Source: Octopus sinensis (Eukaryota). From it: DNA of 64,000 bases. Positions 54,490 through 64,000 of the stretch are shown piece after piece (positions within the stretch are counted from its first letter, which is position 1; every line of letters begins with the position of its first letter). The notes beneath the pieces are model-generated. The model was not told the DNA's origin. It saw nothing but the letters and a program-made list of their open reading frames with translations, and ran no database searches. Where the stretch lies: positions 25,420,001 to 25,484,000 of the forward strand of contig NC_043017.1 in assembly GCF_006345805.1 (NCBI RefSeq), written 5' to 3'. The position numbers were made by a program, and so were the translations under genes.

Positions 54490-55538
54490 TGAATCTCTTG
54501 TCTGGTTCAATATATTGGATGCCTTGATCCATATTCACTCTGTTTTCATTCTTGGGTCTGACTCTCCGGTTTGAGCATACCTTTCTCCATTCTTCCCATC
54601 TGTCTTGAAGGGCTCCATAAAGGCTCAAGAGTCCATAGGCACTTCATTCTCTATTGACTAAAATATCAAAAAAATAAATTAAAAAAAAAAGCTCTCACGT
54701 TAACCTTTGACCTACAAAAAGCTCTCACGTTAACCTTTGACCTACAAAGGCACACTATACTCACACTGCTTAATCTGTAACAAACCAAACAGCTTCTGCA
54801 CACCGCCTCCATCAACGCCCACCATCCCTCTTCCTCCTCCCTGTCACCTATATCACGTCACCTCTCCTCTCCTCTCCCCAACCTTACCTGGACCCACACT
54901 AACGAGCATTCTTCAGAATGTCTCTCCATTGGGATCTCATTCCCAGATATGCTTTCTTTTTCTTTTTCTTCTCTAAATGTTCTGACCATCCAACTGTATC
55001 AAGATCACCAATCTCAGAGGGCCTGTGGTGACCCACAAACATTATCCTATGAAGCCATCACACTCAGAAGGCCTATCACAAAACACATACACCACCCTAT
55101 GAAGTCTTGGATAAACCTTATTAAAAAGGAAATAGGGTGTAAAGAGATTGGTTGGATGCTGTTCTTTTTCTCATGTGAATCATTGAAATATTCTATGTAC
55201 TTACAGGGAGTTTCATAGTGTATTGTTTGTGTATATATATATATATATATCTATATATATATATATGCTTATTGTCTGTTTCTGCTTTTGTATACTGGTT
55301 TGACTGACAGCTGTATCTAGATGTTTGAGCACAATCGTACTGAGGGGACTTTTGTTGTAGTTGGTGAAACAGAAGGCAAGCTTGTCTGTATTCTTCAAAA
55401 TTCGGAACAATTGTGGCGTCTAGAATGAAATCAACTGTAATGAGGAATATGCAAAAAATAACTTGGTTATCCCAAAGGTTATCCAAACAAATAAGTGCTG
55501 AAAAATGTATACGCTTCTTCTTCTTCTTCTTCCTCTTA

Positions 55539-55591
<53 letters not shown>

Positions 55592-55594
<3 letters not shown>

Positions 55595-56022
55595 GGCGAC
55601 GAGGTGGAAAAATCATTAGCAGACCAGGCAAAATGCTTAGCGGCACATCTTGTGGCTCATCCAAATTCTTTGCCTCTTATCTGTTTGGGGTTGATAAATT
55701 AAACACTAATGATACCTCGGTGAATTTTGCCTGGACCATGGACTAATAAACTAGTCCCCTCCCCTACGATTTCAGGCCTTGTGCCTATAGTAGAAAGGAT
55801 TATTATTATTATTATTATTATTATATAAGGTGGCGAGCTGGCAGAATCATTAGCGTACCGGGCAAAATGCTTTGTGGCATTTTATTCATCCTTATGTTCT
55901 GAGTTCAAATTCCACTGAGGTTAACTTCGACTTTCATCCCTTTGGGGTCAATAAAATAAGTACCAGCTGAGCACTGGTGTCGATGTAATTGACTTATCCT
56001 TTCTCTCCTAATTTGGAAACCA
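55592..56022 (+). mobile_element. Two family B SINE copies, each after an (ATT)n tract
   Basis: GGCGAGCTGGCAGAATCATTAGC...GAGTTCAAATTCC...AAGTACCAG. Confidence 0.8.
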
Positions 56023-56518
56023 TTGTTATTATTTTTATGAAGTTGTTCTATTTTGGAATGCCATGAGGTTATGGTTGACTACTTTCATTTCCCCCCAAAA
56101 ATCATTTAATTTTTAAAAAAAATAAAAGAAATTGTCACTGTTGGAATGTACAAGTTATTTCTAACAGTAAAAAAAAAATATTTGGAAGAGAAATATATGA
56201 ATGGTAATCTTGTCTGCCCAGACAATATTGAAGATTACCACCTACACGTGTTTCGGTCATTTACAAAAGTTGAGTTATTCTTGTGTGTTCCTCATTATTG
56301 TTGGTTTCATCTTCATTGATGATGCACTTGTATGTGCCGAAGTCCATTGGTCACTAGCTTGTCTTTTGCTGCGTCAACTTTTACAATAGTCTGTCTAAAG
56401 ATTACCGAAGATCGGTTTGTGTGAAACATCTGGACGTAAAACACAAAGGTCTATGAAACCATCTTATGGCAGCAACAACTGACACTAAGCAAATATATAC
56501 ATACATACACACGCACAC

Positions 56519-56589
<71 letters not shown>

Positions 56590-56623
56590 TAGGGTGAGAA
56601 ATGTATGTATGTGTATGTATCAG

Positions 56624-56654
<31 letters not shown>

Positions 56655-56710
56655 CTATATATATAGAAGAGAAGAAATAATTTTTGCCACTTTTTATGGA
56701 GACAAAAGGG

Positions 56711-56757
<47 letters not shown>

Positions 56758-56784
56758 GCACACCTATATATATTGATTTATATA

Positions 56785-56860
<76 letters not shown>

Positions 56861-56864
<4 letters not shown>

Positions 56865-57015
56865 TATTAAAGCTGCAACAAGAGCATCACAAAAATCTGC
56901 TACTCAGAGTTTCACGTTTCCGTTTCTTGGGCAGTTATGATCAAGAACGGAATGAAATTGCAATGGAAACATGAAACTCTTTTGAGTTGTAGATTTTTGT
57001 GATATTCTTGCAGCT

Positions 57016-57025
<10 letters not shown>
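56861..57025. mobile_element. Palindromic fold-back element within ATT/TA repeats
   Basis: TTATTAAAGCTGCAA..ATCACAAAAATCTGCTACTCA..GAGTTTCACGTTTCC pairs with GGAAACATGAAACTC..TGAGTTGTAGATTTTTGTGAT..TTGCAGCTTTAATAA. Confidence 0.8.
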
Positions 57026-57052
<27 letters not shown>

Positions 57053-57140
57053 TATTACTCCTTGTCCGGTATTTGAGTACTATTTTTTTTTCCATCTTAT
57101 TTCGCATTTCTGCTTACTCATTTGTGTGTATGTGTGTATA

Positions 57141-57186
<46 letters not shown>

Positions 57187-57487
57187 TGCATGCACAAACT
57201 TAAATTTCATACTAATTGGAGTTTGTTCTTCGTTTAATGTTATCAATTTGTTATGTTTTATTTATATTTTTTTTTTGTTTTGTAGCTTTCACATACTGGA
57301 TGTATATATCGCATGTGCTCATGTGTGTGTTTGTGTATACATATACATATATATATGTGTGTGTGTGTATGTTTTGTTGTTTCTCTTTACGTATTCTCTA
57401 TGTTGGACAATAGAGCTTCAGTTCTAGGCTATGCATGTCGACTAACCTGGCTTCCTTTCCTCTGTGTTCTTTGACATATTGCTACAG

Positions 57488-57592
57488 CCCTAGGCCATCG
57501 ACGGTCTGGTTCCTATGGTAACAACATTCCTATTCGGAACAACTACGACAGTCTCTTCAGAAGCACAAGTGTTAATATGTTACCTTACACAG
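57488..57592 (+). CDS. Probable internal coding exon, 105 nt, phase 1-1 (xLGHRRSGSYGNNIPIRNNYDSLFRSTSVNMLPYTx); host gene not identified
   Basis: Branch-point-like ACTAAC, pyrimidine tract, CTACAG acceptor, strong CAG|GTGAGA donor, open frame, length divisible by 3, balanced composition unlike the flanks. Confidence 0.7.
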
Positions 57593-57834
57593 GTGAGAAT
57601 CATTAATATATAAGCATATTTCAATTTGCTTTTTCCTCCCCCCCCACCTTTATTTTTCACATTCCAAAGAAAATATTCCCATAGTTTATTGCTATTTCCA
57701 TTCGTTTTCCTATACAAGCATTGATTGAGCTGTGTGTGTGTGTGTTGTGTGTGTGTGTGTGTGTGTGTGTGTATTCTTTTACTGGTTTCAGCTCAAACAC
57801 TGTGACTATGCTGGGGTACCAAATGTGTGTGTGC

Positions 57835-57896
<62 letters not shown>

Positions 57897-58714
57897 CAGC
57901 ATATGTATATATGTGTATATATGTATATATAATATAGTATGTGTGTATATGTGTAACATGTATGTGTGTGTATATATATATATAATATATAGCATGTTTG
58001 CATGTATATATATGTATATACAGTATACATATATGTATATACATATATACATACATACATACATATATATATATGTACACACACACACACACAGATGCAC
58101 ATACACTTTTTGAGTTAAGATGGTTACCAATGGTGTCATGTGAAGAGGTCATCACAATTGTTGAGGCATGTCACATGGAAGTGTTGGTACCTATCACCAG
58201 TTTGGATGTGTGTGTACACACACACACACACAAAATAATAAATGAATAAATAAAACTCTGATGCTATGTCTGAGAAAGGATAAATGTGTGTGTGTGTGTG
58301 TTTATGTACAATCTATATATATTCTGTATAGGTAGGTATATGTATGTATGTGTCAGGTCACTTATAGTACTATTGGTAGCATTTGGCCTAGTACAACCTG
58401 TTGCATGGCTGAGTGCTGTAGGCAACTAAACTGACAACCCTACAAACTCTGCTTTGTAAGGTGGGTGGTTTTCGCTGGAAAGAAAATCTCATCAAAGGGC
58501 AGATGAACCCAGATGAGCAGTGAATGGCCATCCAACAGATTAGAGTTAGAGATACCCCAGTCTTTGCTTGGACGTCTCATTAGGAAGGGAATATTCTTTG
58601 AAGTGACACCCACCTCGTTGCAAAGTTGGAGATTTTGCTCTTGTTTTGTTTCTGGAGTATTTGACTTTTAAGTGAGGGCCTTAGTGATTTTGTGCAAGCT
58701 GTTAATAACCCTAA

Positions 58715-58937
58715 CCCTTTGGCATTCAGATCTCTCTGAAATTTTATATTTATTTATTGACATTGTTTTGAATGACTCATGCATTTTTGCCTCATGTATC
58801 TTTGAAACTTCAAAGATATGATTGTTTGCTTTTAGGATGACATTGTAGGTTGGTGTGAGAGGCCAGAACAGACCAGTGTGGATGTAAAAAGAAGTAGCAT
58901 CTTTGGGCCCGATGTGGCTGGTGCCAATGTTAAAGGG
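58715..58937. mobile_element. piggyBac-type MITE (second family; degenerate relatives near 7243-7397 and 42571-42800)
   Basis: TIRs CCCTTTGGCATT / AATGTTAAAGGG with CTAA and TTAC flanks (decayed TTAA). Confidence 0.7.
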
Positions 58938-59346
58938 TTACATTTCAGCTCTGGCGCTGTTGATAGCCAGTTTCTTTAGCATCTAGGATCAGATAATTTG
59001 TTGGTGATGGTCATATTGGTCTACAAGTTAATAACTATTTTATGTATGTATGAACAAGTGTGTATTTATTTGTGTGCCTATGTGTAAAAATCTTTTACAC
59101 ACACAACTTAGTGTTAATTGAAGCCAGAGTATGTTGCGTTCCATCGCTCAATAAATGAGAAAAGGCATTGTAAATACAGAAGACAAACAATATAGAAGAC
59201 AGATACAAAAGGGCCCAGAACCTTTTATGTTTGTCTTCATCCATTGTGCACTCCATACATGTTTTACATTTTTTAGTTGTCATTTGTGTATTTACAGTAA
59301 ATTTTCTCATTTATTATTATTATTATATATATATATATAATATATA

Positions 59347-59393
<47 letters not shown>

Positions 59394-59405
59394 AGATACA
59401 CAGCC

Positions 59406-59964
59406 GGCTGTGTTGGCTGCTATTTCTAGCATGTAAAAATTACTTGTCAAAGGGTAATTTTCTATTTTAAAATATGAATATGTTGTCTATTGACTATTTA
59501 TACATGCTGGGCCACTGGTGGTGATATTTATAACGAATATTCGCTACCCTATATATGTATCTTATGAATATGTTCTTAGCATTCTCGAAGATTCAGCTCG
59601 GCATCGTATTCATTGCTGATTGTAAATGCGCCTGCGCACGGTATTTTGAAAAATTATAACATATAATGATGGGACACGTGTTATCTTGTCTATGAATTAT
59701 AAGTTAGTTATTAAGGCCAGTTACTGACGAGAGTTCGCCTGGTGGATAATGTTGTCTTGCTAAATTACCTATTAAAGGACGGGAAGTAATATTATTTGCT
59801 GAAGTAATTTGAAACCATGGTATAACCGTTAAATAATAAGGTAAAAGTTTTTATTTTTCATTTACTTCGAAATTTGCTATTAAATTGTGGTTTTGGCCGT
59901 GTTGGCTGCTATTTCTAGCATGTGAAAATTACCTGTTAAAGGGTAATTTTCTATTTTAAAATAT
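59406..59964. repeat. 70-bp direct repeats (59406-59475, 59895-59964) enclosing ~420 bp of unique sequence
   Basis: GGCYGTGTTGGCTGCTATTTCTAGCATGTRAAAATTACYTGTYAAAGGGTAATTTTCTATTTTAAAATAT occurs twice. Confidence 0.9.
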
Positions 59965-60065
59965 TTATATATATATAAAATTAATTAAGGGTAGAAATTG
60001 ATATTTATCAATTAAAACCAGTGGTCTAGCATATTAAAAAAGAATCCGAAGATTAAAATATTTAT

Positions 60066-60293
60066 ATATACCAATTAAGGACTGAACATGAAAAGTGGAC
60101 AGTCAACATGCTAGATATAGACGTCAAATCGCCATTCTCCACAAAAGATTATGTTCTCAAATCAAACTCAGCACAAAACCAAAGCAATAAAGTTTGATTT
60201 GAGAACATAATCTTTTGTGGAGAATGGCGATTTGACGTCTATATCTAGCATGTTGACTGTTCACTTTTCGTGTTCAGTCCTTAATTGGTATAT
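60066..60293. repeat. Near-perfect inverted repeat, 103-bp arms and 22-nt loop
   Basis: Arms 60066-60168 and 60191-60293 differ at 2 positions. Confidence 0.97.
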
Positions 60294-60683
60294 CTCTTCT
60301 CTCTCTATATAAACGGCAGTTTGTCTGTGTGTGTTTCTGTGTGTCTGTCAGGTTGTACCCTCACCCTGACCACAGCTTTCAACCGATTCTGATGAAACTT
60401 GACACACACATAGCCCAATGTCATAATTCAAAACTAACGCAGCGAAAATTTTGAAAAGTTCCCCCAGTTCTGAAATAGATCGATAAATTCGACATGGGGT
60501 CGACAATTAGAAACACAAACCACAGATGGTCTAGGGGACGCAACTAGACCTTTTTAACTATCAAAAAAAAATTTACCATCATTTTCCCCCCCATTTTTTT
60601 GCTATTTTTTGGCTATAACTCTCTAAAAATGCTTTATAGTTATTTCCCTTACAAACCCGAGCAACGCCGGGCGATACTGCTAG
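60293..60683 (+). mobile_element. Non-autonomous Helitron
   Basis: 5' TC after A; internal (GTCT/GT) microsatellite and AACCGATTCTGATGAAACTT block; subterminal hairpin CCCGAGCAACGCCGGG; 3' CTAG followed by T. Confidence 0.85.
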
Positions 60684-61121
60684 TATATATATATATTCAT
60701 ATTTGCACACATTCTTCTATGTACACACACACACACTCTCTTGTTTTTAAGTTTAAAAAAAATAGTGTTTTCCGTTTGTTCTTTTCCAATTTTTTCTACT
60801 CTAACCCTAACTTAAAACGAGTCAGACGAGGTTTTCTTTCTTGGAAGAAGTTTGTTCTAATGATGTACGAATCACCTTCCTCATTACTCACTAATTACTC
60901 ACGTATGAACCACAAACTGAACGAAATTTTGCTTTTTTATTTCGTTTTTTTATTTATTTTGCAAGCCTGACAAATCAAGATGAACAGGTTTAGGGGCTCC
61001 TTCTTGAAAAGCCAATCATAGTCAAAGCAACTGTAAGGTTTCATTTATAACCATAGGGCCAGTTCAGTTCAGTATTATAATATCATACATTGGTGGGGGG
61101 GATTGGTAGAATTGGTGGAGC

Positions 61122-61492
61122 ATGGTCATGCTGGAGCATTGCATTAAAGGGTTTTTAAGTCACAGAAATCGATGCCGGGACTTACACTTTGTAAGCCTAG
61201 TACTTACTCTATCAGTCTCTTTTGCTGATCTGCTAAGTGATGGGGACATAAACACACCAACATCAGTTTTCAGTTGATGGTAAGGGGACAAACATAGACA
61301 CAAAACACACACATACACACACACATATATGATGGGCTTCTTTCAGTTTCCATCTACCAAATCCCCTCACAAGGCTTTGGTCAACCTGAGGCTATAGTAG
61401 AAGATACTTGCCCAAGGTGCCATGCAGTGGGACTGAACCCGGAACCATGTGGTTGGTAAGCAAGCTACTTACCACGCAGCCATGCCTGCGCC
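61122..61492 (-). mobile_element. SINE family A
   Basis: Reverse complement of family A. Confidence 0.9.
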
Positions 61493-61520
61493 TATAATTT
61501 ATTTATGGTATTTTAATATA

Positions 61521-61940
61521 GGGTGGCGAGCTGGCAGAATCATTGGCATGTCGGGCGAAATGCGTAGCTGTATTTCGTCTGACGCTACGTTCTGGGTTCA
61601 AATTCCGCCGAGGTCGACTTTGCCTTTCATCCTTTCGGGGTCGATAAATTAAGTACCAGTTACACATTGGGTCGATGTAATCGACTTAATCCGTATGTCT
61701 GTCCTTGTTTGTCCCCTCTGTGTTTAGCCCCTTGTGGGTAGTAAAGAAATAGGTATTTCATCTGCCGTTACGTTCTGAGTTCAAACTCCGCCGATGTCGA
61801 CTTTGCCTTTCATCCTTTCGGGGTCGATAAATCAAGTACCAGTTACGCACTGGGGTCGATGTAATCGACTTAATCCGTTTGTCTGTCCTTGTTTGTCCCA
61901 TCTGTGTTTAGCCTCTTGTGGATAGTAAAGAAATAGGTAT
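61521..61940 (+). mobile_element. SINE family B dimer
   Basis: Same head plus two-unit structure as 14752-15182. Confidence 0.92.
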
Positions 61941-62262
61941 TTTATATGTAGTGAGTTCAAATCTTGCCAAGGTTGACCTTGTCTGTCATTCTTCCAGGGC
62001 AAGCAAAATTAAGACGTCAGACAAATACTGGTGAAGATCTTATCAGTTGTTCTCTCTCTTGAAATAGATGGCTCTGTGCCGATGCAAGAAATCAATATCG
62101 TAAAAATTATTATATAACAAAAATGTAACGTTTGTTATGCTGTGTTACAAGAACATTATTAAGGCAAGCAAGCTGGTAGAGTTGATACTGCACTTGAGAA
62201 AAAATGCTTAGCACACTTCTAGCTCTTTACATTCTGAGTTCAAATGCTGCTGAGGTTGACTA

Positions 62263-62470
62263 TACTCTTTTTACTCTCTTTTACTCTTTTACTTGTTTCA
62301 GTCATTTGACTGCGGTCATGCTGGAGCACCGCCTTTAGTTGAGCAAATCGACCCCGGGGCTTATTCTTTGTAAGCCCAGTACTTATTCTATCCATCTCTT
62401 TTGCCGAACTGCTAAGTTATGGAGACGTAAACACACCAGCATCGGTTGTCAAGCAATGCTAGGGGGACAA

Positions 62471-62513
<43 letters not shown>

Positions 62514-62682
62514 CATATATACAACAGGCTTCTTTCAGTTTCCGTCTACCAAATCCACTCACAAGGCATTGGTTGGCCTGAGGCTACAGCAGAAGACACT
62601 TGCCCAAGATGCCATGCAGTGGGACTGAACCCGGAACCATGTGGTTGGTAAGAAAGCTACTTACCACAGCCACTCCTGCGCC
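62263..62682 (-). mobile_element. SINE family A, full length
   Basis: Reverse complement of the 19372 copy. Confidence 0.95.
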
Positions 62683-63197
62683 TATGTCTTCTACTCTTAA
62701 GGGGCCAATAAAATAGGTACCAAATCAGCACTGGGATCAACGTAATCAGCTTCCCTGCCCTAACCACTGAGCCATGTTTGCTTTGATGATAAAGTGATGG
62801 AAGGTTTCTTGGTTTTTGTGTTGTGAAGAGACCAGAAGTGATGTCAATATCTTAAGCATGTTGAGCATCATGTTTAGTAGACGAGCATCTTAACCACCCT
62901 GTCCTTGCACCTCTCATTGTTTCAGTTATTAACTAATTAGTGTAGTCTGTCTGTTGTCATGTCTTCCTGAGCAAGAAGTGCATAACGTGTTGGTCTATTG
63001 TGCAAAGGAGGCTCATGATCTCTCTCTTTGCTGTAACACTGTATAAGTCAATCAATGGGTTCCACAGGTCTGAGCGACCCAATGCTAATCAACATATGCT
63101 GTGCTTGTGATTGTAGGGGGATGTCGTGCATTGCCTTGCCTGGAGACATATAAATCTGTTAAGACAGCTGTGATCCTTTCATCTTAATAAAGAAGAG

Positions 63198-63685
63198 TAA
63201 AGGCTAAAGACTCCCTTTGGTCATGACTGACCATGGGATTGCACCTTGAAAGTTACCCTCCCTGGCACAAGTCCGGGTAAGGTTATTTTATGGAAGACTA
63301 GCAGTCGCCCATGCATACCAGCCTCCCCTCTACATGCCATTGATGTTATTTAAGGGAAAAGCAATGGCTGATACAGCTTGGCACCAGTGACATTGCAACT
63401 CATTTCTACAGCTGAGTGAACTGAAGCAATGTGAAATGAAGTGTCTTGCTCAAAAACACAACATGCAGCCCGGTCCTGGAATTGAACCCACTACCTCATG
63501 ATTGTGAGCCTGATGTTCTAACCACAGCGCCATGTGCTTTCATTTAATGATACAAATCATTTTTTCTAGCTGGAGCAACGTGAAATAAAGTGTCTTGCTC
63601 AAGGACTCAAAGTGCTACCAAGAATTGAACTCCCAACCCTACGATTGTATGCTGATTGCCCTCATCACTAAGCCAAGTGCCTTCA
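63198..63685 (-). mobile_element. SINE family E, full-length copy (63198-63541) plus a second head fragment (63570-63685)
   Basis: The minus strand reads TGGCGCTGTGGTTAG...GGGTTCAATTCC...TTGAGCAAGACAC. Confidence 0.85.
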
Positions 63686-64000
63686 TTCTAGTAGAAATAG
63701 ACAGATAGTGAAGTTTGATTTCTTGGATTCACAGAATATCTTGCGTTGGCCAAAAGACAGTTGGGTAAATAAACGAAAATGAAAACTTAAAGAGAGCCTG
63801 GTCACATCCGAGTAGTTAGAAGCAATGAAAGATAAAGACCATCAACGTGTGTGAAATGTTGAATTAAATAGAGACGGATATGAATTTTATTTGGTTCACA
63901 GTGCAGAGACTCACTTCTCTGGAACAAGAAAAAAGTAATAAATACAAGTCATTTTCTATTAATTTTACACATTTGTTTTCCGAATTTGAAATAGCTGAGT

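Noticed and set aside
1062-62628. Numerous YI/CV/HT-rich ORFs and recurring ORFs such as RQASFSFRLPNPLTR
   Set aside because: They are microsatellite translations or read-through of family A SINE copies

Overview
AT-rich eukaryotic DNA, almost entirely non-coding. It is dominated by (TA)n/(CA)n/(TAYA)n microsatellites and several tRNA-derived SINE families whose style points to an octopus (coleoid cephalopod) genome; the taxon is inferred from repeat style, not proven. Nearly all ORFs in the supplied track are microsatellite, SINE or minisatellite artefacts. The window reads best as large intron(s) of a + strand gene that I cannot name, with one good 105-nt exon candidate (57488-57592) and several weaker frame-preserving micro-exon candidates. 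Other content: a decayed Penelope-like GIY-YIG fragment split by a hAT MITE, RTE LINE 3' ends, piggyBac-type MITEs, a non-autonomous Helitron, several fold-back elements, three large tandem arrays and a 100-N assembly gap. The most notable observations are (1) a tRNA-headed SINE-like element carrying a Penelope-type minimal hammerhead motif, present with an inverted partner, (2) a 103-bp-arm hairpin whose only mismatches are G-U compatible, (3) a minisatellite that switches from a 192-bp to a 147-bp higher-order repeat, and (4) a set of phase-1 micro-exon candidates.
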